Assembly: GCA_964483335.1 (NCBI GenBank)
Contig: CAZAAA010000002.1
Coordinates: 852 to 64,851 of the forward strand
DNA: 64,000 nt
Source of the DNA: an uncultured Candidatus Saccharibacteria bacterium
GTDB taxonomy: Bacteria > Patescibacteriota > Saccharimonadia > Saccharimonadales > Saccharimonadaceae
Direction: 5' to 3'
Shown: positions 42,531 through 52,341 of the stretch, one piece after another
Numbering within the stretch: the stretch's first letter is position 1
Layout of the letters: every line of letters starts with the position of its first letter
Notes under the pieces: generated by a model
The model's database searches: none
Seen by the model: only the letters and a program-made list of their open reading frames with translations
What the model was told of the DNA's origin: nothing
Translations under genes and position numbers: made by a program

Positions 42531-44270
42531 TTATGGAGTGCGGTTTTTCTTGGTTTTTGTAGCAGCCCAATAATAAACGTCTGCAAAACGATCGGTAGGT
42601 TCGGTTAAGCGGTTGTCATCAGAGTAGGTACGTACATTATGATTAAAATAATAAGACATGCTGGATTGGTAAATGCCAATAGCCGGAACATCATCTATCC
42701 AGTATTTTAAGAAGGTTTGATATTTAGCAATACGCTCGTTTTCGTTCATAGTACTGCGAGCAGAAAGAATCATGCCATCTGCTAGCTTATTGCGATAATT
42801 AGAGAGATTTAGCCCGCCACTTTCTGAAGCTTGTGAAGAATGATAATAAGGATACAAATCGGTATCGGGGCCGAGCTCTATTTCGTAAATCAAAATATCG
42901 TACGCCCGATTTTTAATGATATTAGACATGAAATCCTGGTTCGGTTCATATACAGCAGTGGTAGCGCGCAAACCAAGACTAGTAAGCTGATTGGCCATAT
43001 TTTCGGCGAGCTCTGGAAGGTATCCAGCAGAAACCGTAGCAATCGTGATGACATCGTTCTCTCCTAGACCAGCAGCAGCAATAGCTTCTTTAGCTGCGTC
43101 TACATTGTGCTCTGGGAGAGCTGGAAAATTCGAAAAATCTACCTGTGTACTAGTGAATGGATAGTTCAAAGCCGGTGCATTACCTGCTAGTTTACGCAAG
43201 GTGTCAACATCCAAACCTTGGCGAAGAGCCTGACGTAAATTTTTACGATTTAGAACCGGGCTGTCAGTATTAAGAAAAGCATACACTCCAGCAGAGAGCG
43301 TGGACTGTTTTTCATAAATGGTAGCAGATTTAACTTTTTCTCCATCAATCGCTGGGAGAGCGGCAGTAGCAGTAACCGTGCCAGATTGCATAGCGGAAAT
43401 GATGTCATCGGTAGTAAGATAAGCATGTACAACAAAACTATCCAGCATAGGAACGCCATTATAATAATACTTATTGGGAGTGAGATAAACAATCTTTTCC
43501 CCGTCGGAACCGACCGCTTGAGTAGCATTATAATTAAATGGACCGCTAGTAACCGGATTTGTACTAAACGTATGTTCTAGTAGTTGGTCATTTGAAACAT
43601 TTTTCAGAATGTGCTCTGGGAGAACTGGAATCTCTAACTTGGTTGGGAAATTAGCATCAGCTGACGGGAGATTAAAAATCAAATAGCCCTCTTCCTCAGA
43701 AATACTAACATTACGGAGATTTTTGCGATACGGAGTATTAACCTTAGGGTCTTGAATCACTCTTGTGGTATATAAGACGTCGGCATTGGTGATAGGTTCA
43801 CCGTCTGACCACTTCAAATCTTCGCGTAGCTTGATGGCCCAAACCTTACCAGAATTATCACGCGCTTTAACATTATCCGCCAAGTCTAACCCAGTGTGTC
43901 CAGAGTAATCTGGCGCAGTGATAGACGCGAACATTAATTTTGCTAGAGTCTTTTCGGAAGATGTTGTAGCGAATAAGGGATTTAGAGAGTTAACTTTGCC
44001 AAGATTGGCTTCAGTGTAGGTACCACCGGTTGTAAAAGCCTCCGTGGCATAAGATTCGCTGTACCAAAAAGTTTGCGTGATTGCCAGAAAAGTAATAGCA
44101 GCAATTAATAAGACCCATTCTAAAATTAGAAGTCTAACATGCCTGACGTGAGAAATACGCCTAATAAGGTTCTCTTTGATATGTTCCTTGCTTTCTTCGC
44201 TGGCTTTGCGCGAAAATCTAGACCACCGTCTTGCTATTTTTTGCCCACTCTTTTCCAATGTCTTTTTCAT
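42531..44270 (-). CDS. Peptide ABC transporter substrate-binding protein (family 5), membrane anchored
   Basis: SLNPLFA, LREDLKWSDGEPITNADVLYT, PVTSGPF, DDVPAIGIY. Confidence 0.88.
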   Translation of the reverse strand: MKKTLEKSGQKIARRWSRFSRKASEESKEHIKENLIRRISHVRHVRLLILEWVLLIAAITFLAITQTFWYSESYATEAFTTGGTYTEANLGKVNSLNPLFATTSSEKTLAKLMFASITAPDYSGHTGLDLADNVKARDNSGKVWAIKLREDLKWSDGEPITNADVLYTTRVIQDPKVNTPYRKNLRNVSISEEEGYLIFNLPSADANFPTKLEIPVLPEHILKNVSNDQLLEHTFSTNPVTSGPFNYNATQAVGSDGEKIVYLTPNKYYYNGVPMLDSFVVHAYLTTDDIISAMQSGTVTATAALPAIDGEKVKSATIYEKQSTLSAGVYAFLNTDSPVLNRKNLRQALRQGLDVDTLRKLAGNAPALNYPFTSTQVDFSNFPALPEHNVDAAKEAIAAAGLGENDVITIATVSAGYLPELAENMANQLTSLGLRATTAVYEPNQDFMSNIIKNRAYDILIYEIELGPDTDLYPYYHSSQASESGGLNLSNYRNKLADGMILSARSTMNENERIAKYQTFLKYWIDDVPAIGIYQSSMSYYFNHNVRTYSDDNRLTEPTDRFADVYYWAATKTKKNRTP

Positions 44271-44276
44271 AAAAAA

Positions 44277-44501
44277 CTACGGGATTAATAGTAAACCTAA
44301 GATAGATAGTATAAAGACTAGCACAAAGACGATAGTAGCATGGAAGAGCGAACGGTCTAGGCCACGACGGGTGGTGTATAGTTCCCCGCTGGCACCAAAA
44401 CCAGCACCGAGCGAAGCGCCACGCTGTTGCAATAGGACTAGCAAAATACTAAGAATAGCAGAAATCAAAGTAATAGTGCGTAATAATGATCCTAAATCCA
44501 T
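44277..44501 (-). CDS. secG: Preprotein translocase subunit SecG
   Basis: LVLLQQRGASLGAGFG...RRGLDRSL motif, two TMs. Confidence 0.9.
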   Translation of the reverse strand: MDLGSLLRTITLISAILSILLVLLQQRGASLGAGFGASGELYTTRRGLDRSLFHATIVFVLVFILSILGLLLIP

Positions 44502-44502
44502 A

Positions 44503-44874
44503 TTACTTCTTATTATATGACGGAACGAGGAAATTGACAAGACTGTTTATGATAGAGATAACTATTGATGAAAGCGCCACACCCCAGAAACTCATACTGA
44601 CATGTGGCAGAATCCAGATGGTTAGTCCAACCATAGCGATGTTTAAGATTAGAGTAAAAAGCCCCATAGAAAGGATGATTAACGGCAGAGACAGCACGGT
44701 GGCAAGTGGCTTGACGATGGAGTTGACTAGTGAAAAGACTAGGCCGGCAACAACATAAAGCCAAAAACTATTTTCCGTATCGGTGACTTGCCCAAAAAGC
44801 GTGATACAAAGCCACATAGTGGCACTAGAAACTAGCCAACGCAAAAGAAAAACTAGGATTTGTTGTTTTATCAT
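44503..44874 (-). CDS. YvlD/DUF360 ('phage holin family') membrane protein
   Basis: LVNSIVKPL...LPLIILSMGLFTLILN motif, four TMs. Confidence 0.85.
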   Translation of the reverse strand: MIKQQILVFLLRWLVSSATMWLCITLFGQVTDTENSFWLYVVAGLVFSLVNSIVKPLATVLSLPLIILSMGLFTLILNIAMVGLTIWILPHVSMSFWGVALSSIVISIINSLVNFLVPSYNKK

Positions 44875-44878
44875 AAGC

Positions 44879-46132
44879 TTATTTTAGCATAGTTTTACGT
44901 TTTAACAAATTGTGGTAGGTGATAGCAAAACGGTGCGATTCGTCATCTATTCGAGCAATAAGCTTGGCAATATGCGTACTAGAGGGTAGTTCTAAAATTT
45001 CCGGCGTGACCAAAACTACGCGGGCATTACGGGAGTGATTACCAGATTTATCGCGAGCAACTACCGGGATACCAAGTGGCTCCAAAAGTGGCTTAATAGC
45101 GTTAAACTGCGGTAGGCCACCATCTAATATTACTAAATCTGGATAAGGCCATTCGGGGTGTTTTAGGCGGCGCTCAATTACTTCTTTTAGACTTTCGGTA
45201 TCGTTATTCCGTTGTTTATGTAATTTAAATTTTCGATATTCTGCGCGATCGCTGACACCATTTACAAAAACTACCATACTGCCAACTACATTAGATCCGG
45301 ACTGATGAGAGATATCATAGCCCTCTATCCGCTTAGGTGGGTGTTGTAATTTTAACAACGTTTGGAGTTGACGCAAAGCGTAGTCGCTGCTAATATCCAG
45401 AAACTCTTTATCGGAAAAAATGATGCGTTTTTTTAGCTCTAGTAGACCATAATATTGATTACGCGCTTCGGCAGCTTTCTCATATTCCTGGGCAGCAGAA
45501 GCTTGACGCATTTGTTTTTCCAGATCTTTTAGCAATTTCTCGCGGTCTCCTTCTAAATAACGAATTAGCTTGCGCAGATTTCTTTTATATTCGACCGGGG
45601 CGCTTTTGCCGATCTCTATGCCGGGAGTAAGCCCTAAATCAGTATTAAGGGATTTTTTACCGTCATAGGGCTTGTCATAATACGGGAAAATTTTACGCAA
45701 AATTCGAAGGGCTTTCTGGATTGGTAGTCGAGCATAGAATGGGCCGATATAAGTAGCATCGTCGCCTAGTGGCTGGCGCGTCATGGAGACAAATGGGATT
45801 CTTGACTTTAAATCAATCCGGACGTAGCTGACGGTTTTATCATCGCGCAACAAAATATTCCACTTGGGCTTATAACGTTTAATCATCTCACTCTCCAGAA
45901 AGAGCGCGTCCATTTCCGTATCTACTACCAGCCAGTCCGTATCGGCAATCTCTTTAACCAGTGCGGCAGTTTTAGGATCTTTAGGGCAATTCTGAAAATA
46001 CTGGCGTACGCGATTTTTTAGTACGGCGGCCTTGCCAACATAAATAATTTCGCCTTCAGTATTTTTGTGGAAATAAACACCCGGAGCAGACGGAAGGGTC
46101 TTCAGCTTATTTTTGAGCTGTTCTGTAATCAT
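44879..46132 (-). CDS. uvrC: Excinuclease UvrC-like protein lacking the C-terminal HhH domain
   Basis: GIY-YIG (PGVY...YVGKA...RVRQYF), RIEGYDISH, PDLVILDGG, RIDDESHRFA. Confidence 0.9.
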   Translation of the reverse strand: MITEQLKNKLKTLPSAPGVYFHKNTEGEIIYVGKAAVLKNRVRQYFQNCPKDPKTAALVKEIADTDWLVVDTEMDALFLESEMIKRYKPKWNILLRDDKTVSYVRIDLKSRIPFVSMTRQPLGDDATYIGPFYARLPIQKALRILRKIFPYYDKPYDGKKSLNTDLGLTPGIEIGKSAPVEYKRNLRKLIRYLEGDREKLLKDLEKQMRQASAAQEYEKAAEARNQYYGLLELKKRIIFSDKEFLDISSDYALRQLQTLLKLQHPPKRIEGYDISHQSGSNVVGSMVVFVNGVSDRAEYRKFKLHKQRNNDTESLKEVIERRLKHPEWPYPDLVILDGGLPQFNAIKPLLEPLGIPVVARDKSGNHSRNARVVLVTPEILELPSSTHIAKLIARIDDESHRFAITYHNLLKRKTMLK

Positions 46133-46168
46133 ATGTATATTATATAATCATACGGTAGAATAGTCAAT

Positions 46169-47488
46169 TTAGTAGAGGCTGCTATACCTTACCGCTTTAG
46201 CGTAATCACTAGCAAAAGTTTCTACTAGTTCGGTAATATCTTTGGCATCATCAGGGATGGAGACCGTCGTAGCGTTATAGTTAAACTTCAAGTCAACAGA
46301 AACTGTCCCGGCTTTTTTCTCAGTATGGCTATATTGCAAGCTGGTGAGTCGATGGCTCCAGTCATCAATGCCAATGTAAAGGTTTTCAATGTCACTGAGG
46401 TTTTTATCGGCAGCTTTTTTAAATTCTTTCCAATCAGATTCTTTAATATCGGACGGATCAAGTGTATCAAAATCATCAATCTTTTTAAAACAGCTTTGCA
46501 CCCGACTGAAAGTTCCGCTATTTATTGTGCCTTTAGCAAAATCAGTCAGCGCCTCGGCGTCCATATTGATGTTGTAAAGTTTGCTGCCAGACTGCGCCTG
46601 AGCATCAGAACCAGTATATTGTTTTATAGTAATAAACGGATACTGACGATAGAGCGCGCTAATCTCTTTGCTATTGTCTGGATTATCCACCTGCGAAACT
46701 AGACATTTATAAGCAGTTGAGTAGTCGTTATCTATTTCTAGCTCGGTTTCATCATCAATAGAGTTAATCAGTGCTTCTATATCAATTTTCCACCATGTAT
46801 TGTCAATTAAATCAAAAGTATTTTGGAAGTAACTTTTAAAAGTTTTGTACTGTTGCTTCATGGAAGAAGAACTATAATAAGAGCTGGAGTAATCACAAGC
46901 CATCTTTGTACTATAATTTGAATCACATTTATTGTCTTCTAGGTATTTTTGGATATTAGCCTCGTACCATTTATCGAGGGCACCTTCTATACCATTAGCC
47001 TGCAGGTATAATACACCATCACTAGCGACAACGTTGCTAAGTTCTATTTCAAAATCACCGTAAGTGTCAGATTCGACAGCCAGTTTAGCTTTATTAGACG
47101 CAGGAAGAGGACTTGTAGCGATGCTATCAATAGTTAACGTAATACGATTGAACCCAAAATCACTAGCGAATTTTTTATCATATTGCATGTCTATAGTGCC
47201 GGTAACGGAAAGATTTTTAGTATTGACAAGATTGATGGCAGCGTCAGCAGCGACGATATTAGGCTGGCTGCGATAGACAGAAAAAGCACCAGCGCCGCCA
47301 GCTACTACAGCTACACCCGCAACTAAGCCAATAATAAGCCCCTTGTGACTCTTTTTTCCTGCGGACGAGGAAGGCCGCTTGGAGTCCGCCGCCTCTTTGG
47401 TTTTTCTGGAAGACTGCTTAGAAACAGTGGTAGAGTCAGAAGTACTAAATATATCATCGTTGGTGTTGTTAGTGCTATTTGGGGCCAT
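46169..47488 (-). CDS. Hypothetical membrane-anchored extracellular protein
   Basis: Basic cytoplasmic N-terminus, single TM, large acidic ectodomain with Cys pairs. Confidence 0.75.
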   Translation of the reverse strand: MAPNSTNNTNDDIFSTSDSTTVSKQSSRKTKEAADSKRPSSSAGKKSHKGLIIGLVAGVAVVAGGAGAFSVYRSQPNIVAADAAINLVNTKNLSVTGTIDMQYDKKFASDFGFNRITLTIDSIATSPLPASNKAKLAVESDTYGDFEIELSNVVASDGVLYLQANGIEGALDKWYEANIQKYLEDNKCDSNYSTKMACDYSSSYYSSSSMKQQYKTFKSYFQNTFDLIDNTWWKIDIEALINSIDDETELEIDNDYSTAYKCLVSQVDNPDNSKEISALYRQYPFITIKQYTGSDAQAQSGSKLYNINMDAEALTDFAKGTINSGTFSRVQSCFKKIDDFDTLDPSDIKESDWKEFKKAADKNLSDIENLYIGIDDWSHRLTSLQYSHTEKKAGTVSVDLKFNYNATTVSIPDDAKDITELVETFASDYAKAVRYSSLY

Positions 47489-47558
47489 AGTGATTCCTTA
47501 ATTAAACCTTAACTATATAATAGCATACTTTTTAGCATAAGCGTGTTATAATGGTACT

Positions 47559-48845
47559 ATGGATAATATCACAATCAGCGGAATAAAAGCGAGGCAAATT
47601 TTAGACAGTAGGGGGAATCCTACGGTGGAAGCGGACGTGTTTTTATCTTCCGGGCATGTAGGAAGAGCAATCGTGCCGTCAGGAGCTTCCACTGGTAGTG
47701 GAGAGGCACTAGAACTGAGAGATGGGGATCCTAGCCGTTATGGCGGTAAAGGAGTTTTGAAGGCCGTTTGGAATGTAAACAGTAAAATCAGGGATGTCTT
47801 AGTGGGGAATTCCGCAGAACAACAAACCGTAGACCAGATGATGATAGATTTGGATGGGACGGAAAATAAAAGTAGTTTAGGAGCGAACGCGATTTTGGCA
47901 GTCTCTATAGCTACTGCAAAGGCTATGGCGAAAGCTCACCGAATGCATTTTTATGAATATATTGCGGAAATTGCCGGTACAAAAGGAGAAATGTCTCTAC
48001 CGATGCCGATGATGAACGTAATGAATGGTGGCGCTCATGCAGATTGGAGCACAGATTTTCAAGAGTATATGATCGTACCGAAAGGTGCCGAGAATATTTA
48101 TGATGCGGTACGAATGGGGGCGGAAGTATTTCATAAGTTGCATGATGTCCTGCGTGAACGTGGCTATGCCACAACCGTGGGAGATGAGGGTGGCTATGCA
48201 CCTTTTGTACGAGACGGAGATAATGAGCCACTGGATTGTATCGTAGAGGCAATCAGCGCCGCAGGATATAAGCCGGGAAAGGATTTTGGAATTGCGATGG
48301 ACATCGCATCCTCGGAATTTAGAGATGGGGATCATTACGTTTTGCGCACTAATGGAGACTGGAAGACTGCAGATGATTTAATCAACTGGTATACCTGGAT
48401 ATTAGACAACTATCCAGTGGTTTCAATCGAAGACGGTTTGGCAGAGGATGACTGGGACGGCTGGAAGACTTTAACAGCACGGCTCGGAAATCGGGCGCAA
48501 CTGGTGGGCGACGATTTGTTTGTGACAAACACTAAACTATTGTATCGTGGGGTACTAGATAAGGTTGGTAATGCAATTTTGATTAAACCAAACCAGATTG
48601 GCACACTATCTGAAACAATTGAAGCAGTTAACGTAGCAAAAGCTAACGGCTATCGTACAGTGATGAGCCATCGTTCTGGCGAGACAGAAGATAACTCTAT
48701 CGCGCATCTAGCGGTAGGACTGGGCACCGGGCAGATAAAGACCGGCTCCTTGTCTAGAAGTGAGCGGATTTCTAAATATAATGAACTGATGCGAATAGCA
48801 GAAGGTAACCCGCAGTTGGGTCTAGCAAACCCATTCAAGAAATAA
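47559..48845 (+). CDS. eno: Enolase
   Basis: [44 protein letters not shown]. Confidence 0.98.
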   Translation: MDNITISGIKARQILDSRGNPTVEADVFLSSGHVGRAIVPSGASTGSGEALELRDGDPSRYGGKGVLKAVWNVNSKIRDVLVGNSAEQQTVDQMMIDLDGTENKSSLGANAILAVSIATAKAMAKAHRMHFYEYIAEIAGTKGEMSLPMPMMNVMNGGAHADWSTDFQEYMIVPKGAENIYDAVRMGAEVFHKLHDVLRERGYATTVGDEGGYAPFVRDGDNEPLDCIVEAISAAGYKPGKDFGIAMDIASSEFRDGDHYVLRTNGDWKTADDLINWYTWILDNYPVVSIEDGLAEDDWDGWKTLTARLGNRAQLVGDDLFVTNTKLLYRGVLDKVGNAILIKPNQIGTLSETIEAVNVAKANGYRTVMSHRSGETEDNSIAHLAVGLGTGQIKTGSLSRSERISKYNELMRIAEGNPQLGLANPFKK

Positions 48846-48898
48846 TAAAAAGAGCCCTAGTGCCATGGAATAAACATCACGGCTAAGGGCTCTTCTTA
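48846..48898 (-). ncRNA. Putative small hairpin RNA downstream of the second CdiA-C-like gene (may double as a terminator)
   Basis: Promoter TTGAAA (48933-48928)-17-TACAAT (48910-48905); interrupted 16-bp hairpin AAGAGCCCU..CCGUG/CAUGG..AGGGCUCUU plus U tract. Confidence 0.55.
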
Positions 48899-48919
48899 TT
48901 TAATATTGTATCATATTTA

Positions 48920-49366
48920 TTATCTTATTTCAATAATAGTACCGTCTTTTCTTATTAAAATCAAATGGCGGATAGTACCGGCGCGTTGCGTGGCCAATTG
49001 CGCAAGTCGTGCCTGAATTTCTTCCACTGAGATAGCAATTTTTCTGGCATCAAAAATAATGCTCCCGGAATACGGGAGCGCACGTTTAATTTGACGTTCG
49101 ATAGAGCGGAAACTTCTACCAATGGGGCTTTTAATCTTCCAAAGCGTATCAAATAATACGATATCGGGAGTGTGGATACGGGGATGCGGAGAAATAAACG
49201 TGATGCTAGTATTATAGTGCGTGGCAATAATACTAGCAGCAGATAATTTCTCTGGGGTCAAAAAAAGCGGATTACAGCCGCTAAGATGGAGACAATAGTC
49301 ATCCTTGCAATATTTTATATTCATTTTATTATAATAATCAATTTTATTGTAGGGTGTAGTAGTCAT
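48920..49366 (-). CDS. Second stand-alone CdiA-C-like nuclease homologue, probably catalytically degenerate
   Basis: HTPDIVLFDTLWKIKSPIG...IKRAL..SGSIIFDAR; expected catalytic Glu positions appear as Lys; AAGGAG RBS. Confidence 0.68.
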   Translation of the reverse strand: MTTTPYNKIDYYNKMNIKYCKDDYCLHLSGCNPLFLTPEKLSAASIIATHYNTSITFISPHPRIHTPDIVLFDTLWKIKSPIGRSFRSIERQIKRALPYSGSIIFDARKIAISVEEIQARLAQLATQRAGTIRHLILIRKDGTIIEIR

Positions 49367-49466
49367 TTTGTACTCCTTTACTACTGTTATTTAATAAAAA
49401 TTGAGAAATAAAAAAGCACCTGCGTGAGGTGTTTTCCATATATATTATAACATAATATATAGTATA

Positions 49467-50198
49467 TTAGCAAGCAGAAAACAGCGTGAGCTGCCGGCTA
49501 GCGGGGAGCTCCACGAAAAAGCTAGTGCCATTACGATGACGAATAGCGCCCACCTCTGCATGCATATATCGAGAGAATTTACTGGCAATATAAAGCCCTA
49601 GCCCGCTACTACCCGGGCGCATAGCAATATCTGTGGGAGCGTCCAGTTCCCCGGATTGAATTTTGCGCCAAATTTTAAGCGGTAAAGCCGGACCATAGTC
49701 CCGGATATCAATACGAACCTTCCCTGCATGATCGCGGACAGAGAGGATGCTAGTACTAGCGGCATCCGAATAATGCATTGCGTTGGCACAAAAATTATAA
49801 ATTACACTATATAGTAGCTCGTGATTAGCTACAACTAAACGAGATTTATTGCTGTAGCGCACCTTGACTTTGCGATTATTCTGACAAAATAATTCAGAAA
49901 GTTCGCGATAAACATCATCACAGATGCTACGTACAGCCACCGGCTCCATGGGAAATAGAGAATAATCTAGCCGGGCGATTTTGGTAAGATCGTTCACTTG
50001 GCGCAAAGCGCGCTCGGATACGTCTACGAGCATTCGTTGAGTCTTTTGGAGTTGTGACAAAGAATCGGCAGTAGGGGCTTCTTCTAGATCCATAGACAAA
50101 GCCAGCTGCCGCATCAAACAGAGCGGGCTTTTTAGTTCGTGTGCGGCTACGGAGATGCCGTCCACGCCAGAAATATAGCTGGTTCCTCCACTTTCCAT
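49467..50198 (-). CDS. Orphan sensorless histidine kinase
   Basis: AHELKSPL H-box, NFCANAMHYS, SGLGLYI; start at 50198, 7 nt after TATAAT. Confidence 0.85.
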   Translation of the reverse strand: MESGGTSYISGVDGISVAAHELKSPLCLMRQLALSMDLEEAPTADSLSQLQKTQRMLVDVSERALRQVNDLTKIARLDYSLFPMEPVAVRSICDDVYRELSELFCQNNRKVKVRYSNKSRLVVANHELLYSVIYNFCANAMHYSDAASTSILSVRDHAGKVRIDIRDYGPALPLKIWRKIQSGELDAPTDIAMRPGSSGLGLYIASKFSRYMHAEVGAIRHRNGTSFFVELPASRQLTLFSAC

Positions 50199-50211
50199 TA
50201 ATACAATTATA

Positions 50212-51006
50212 CTACAGATTGTATTGAACAGTGCTGAGAATCCGATCAAAATCGGCTTTAAAAATTTCTGCGTCGGTCTGCAAAATAGCGGTCTTGTCAC
50301 GAATTCTAATGATAGCGATATATCCACGAAGCTTTGTGCTAATTTGGCCAGCTAGACGAGTAGCGTTTTGACCCCCAATGGGCTCGGTAGTCTCCGTAAG
50401 TTTGCCGTTTTTAACGTTAGATTGGTAGGAAGACATGACCGATTCATAATCTTTATCTTTAATAGAGACGCGCAGGGTGTAAACATTGTCGTTGGCGATA
50501 GCCTGGACTTGGTCCGCAGCAAAATAGGCTTCGAAGTCGCCGCCATTTGCAGCATCTTTAGCAATATATACGCTCCAAGTCTTAGGATATTCAAAAGAGA
50601 GACTACCGTAATCCGCAGGAGCAGTAAACCTTTTATAGGGGTTCTTTTCCCTTTCGGCAAAGTCAGTTTCTAGTTTAGCGGTAACGTCGTGTTCTGCCTG
50701 AGCCACAGCAACATTGATTTTTCCGTCAACATTCTTTTGCGAGTCACTCCAGCCTACAGAGGCCCAAACGAATAAGCCGATAAAAGTGGCGGCGACTAAG
50801 CTGACAATGATTAGCAAAATAGTAATAACCAGGTTTTTATCGGTTTTTTTATGATTTGCCCCCTGCTTCATAGCAGCCTGTCCAGGAACTTGCGGCTGCT
50901 GGAACGGCTGCCCACCGGGATTTCGGTATGGCTGCTCAGCAGTCATGGGGCCAGTGTAAGCTGGGGTAAGAGGTTGCCCAGGAGTAAAGCTCTGATTATT
51001 ATCCAT
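50212..51006 (-). CDS. Hypothetical membrane-anchored protein (coiled coil plus PsbP-like C-terminal domain)
   Basis: Pro/Gln-rich N-terminus, TM, YGSLSFEYPKTWSVY motif. Confidence 0.7.
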   Translation of the reverse strand: MDNNQSFTPGQPLTPAYTGPMTAEQPYRNPGGQPFQQPQVPGQAAMKQGANHKKTDKNLVITILLIIVSLVAATFIGLFVWASVGWSDSQKNVDGKINVAVAQAEHDVTAKLETDFAEREKNPYKRFTAPADYGSLSFEYPKTWSVYIAKDAANGGDFEAYFAADQVQAIANDNVYTLRVSIKDKDYESVMSSYQSNVKNGKLTETTEPIGGQNATRLAGQISTKLRGYIAIIRIRDKTAILQTDAEIFKADFDRILSTVQYNL

Positions 51007-51026
51007 GTTTTTATTATACTTATGTT

Positions 51027-51230
51027 TTATTCCTTTGTAAAGTCTTTTGAGATGAGCTCAATCTCATTTTTAAGACTATTAAGATCTTGTTCTATGTCTT
51101 TGGCAAGTTTAATGGCAGCTTGATATTTCTCACTAGCTTCATCTAGTGAGAAATCGTCACTATAAAACCACTCCACCTTGGTATTGAGTTTGGTTATTTT
51201 GTCACTGATATTTGCTTTTTCCTTAGTCAT
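51027..51230 (-). CDS. xseB: Exodeoxyribonuclease VII small subunit
   Basis: FSLDEASEKYQAAIKL helical motif; overlaps xseA stop. Confidence 0.85.
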   Translation of the reverse strand: MTKEKANISDKITKLNTKVEWFYSDDFSLDEASEKYQAAIKLAKDIEQDLNSLKNEIELISKDFTKE

Positions 51231-52323
51231 GACGACTCCTTTCTTTAACTTGCTTAATTTCGGCGGAAAGTTCTTGGGTTGATGTTGTAATTTTTACAAC
51301 ATTTCCAATGGTAATTTTGCCAGAGATAATAGCATAGCCTTGCTGCAAAATCTTTTCTGGGCTAAGATGCTCCAGGAGTTTAGTTGCCTCCTGAATTTTA
51401 GCTTGTTCCGCGGAAAGATTTTGCGTGATGAGGCGCCCAGTATCGGTAATTGTGCGCAAAACCAGCATGCTTTGGTTGTTGATAGCGGTATAAATTTGGT
51501 CTTTTACTCTAATAAGATTATTTTTAATTTTAGAAATTTCTGCAGCACGATCAGGAGTCAGCATTTGTGCGGCGTTAGACGGAGTAGAGGCGATAATATC
51601 TGCGGCAAGATCGCAAAGACTCTCATCAATTTCGTGACCGATTCCGGTAATAACGGGAATTTTACTGGCGGCCACTGCCCGAACTAATTTTTCGTCATTA
51701 AATACTGCCAGGTCATCAGCCGAACCACCGCCGCGCAAGATGGCAATAATTTGTACTCGGTTTTGCTCATTAAAATAATTTAATGCATTGATAATTTGGT
51801 CAGCGGCAGAAAGACCTTGTACGCTAGTATGGGCCACGGAAATTTTTAGTCCGCCCCAACGTTCACCGAGAATTTTGATAAAGTCCGCATAGCCCGCGGC
51901 TTGAGTAGAAGAGATGACGCCAATATTTTGTAAGTTCTCCGGGATACTGCGTTTTTTCAGCGGATCAAAGAGGCCCTCCTGGTCCAATTTCTTTTTTAGC
52001 AGTTCAAAACTTTTCTTAATAGAGCCTTCCCCTACCGGCATAATTTTCTGCACAGTAATGGAAAATCGCCCAGTGCGAGTGAGTTTTGGTATACCGCGTA
52101 CGACTACTTTCATGCCGTCTTCTAGGGGCGTGCGCAAATTCCAAACCGCCATGAAACACCCAATACTACTTGTTTCATCTTTGAGATCGAAAAAGACCCA
52201 TTTACCCTGATTGATTTTGAAGCTCGCCACTTCCCCTTCTATATCGACCGCGGAAAAAGAATATTCTAAGGTCTGATTGCAAACTTCAATAAACTCCGAA
52301 ACGCTAAATTTAGGATTTTCCAT
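51223..52323 (-). CDS. xseA: Exodeoxyribonuclease VII large subunit
   Basis: OB fold (EGEVASFK..WVFFDLKD), RGGGSADDL, TGIGHEID, STPSNAA. Confidence 0.95.
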   Translation of the reverse strand: MENPKFSVSEFIEVCNQTLEYSFSAVDIEGEVASFKINQGKWVFFDLKDETSSIGCFMAVWNLRTPLEDGMKVVVRGIPKLTRTGRFSITVQKIMPVGEGSIKKSFELLKKKLDQEGLFDPLKKRSIPENLQNIGVISSTQAAGYADFIKILGERWGGLKISVAHTSVQGLSAADQIINALNYFNEQNRVQIIAILRGGGSADDLAVFNDEKLVRAVAASKIPVITGIGHEIDESLCDLAADIIASTPSNAAQMLTPDRAAEISKIKNNLIRVKDQIYTAINNQSMLVLRTITDTGRLITQNLSAEQAKIQEATKLLEHLSPEKILQQGYAIISGKITIGNVVKITTSTQELSAEIKQVKERSRHD

Positions 52324-52341
52324 TGGTTCTATTATAGCACG

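Noticed and set aside
44503-44874. 'Phage holin' as evidence of a prophage
   Set aside because: This membrane family is a common chromosomal gene; it sits between uvrC and secG with no phage genes nearby
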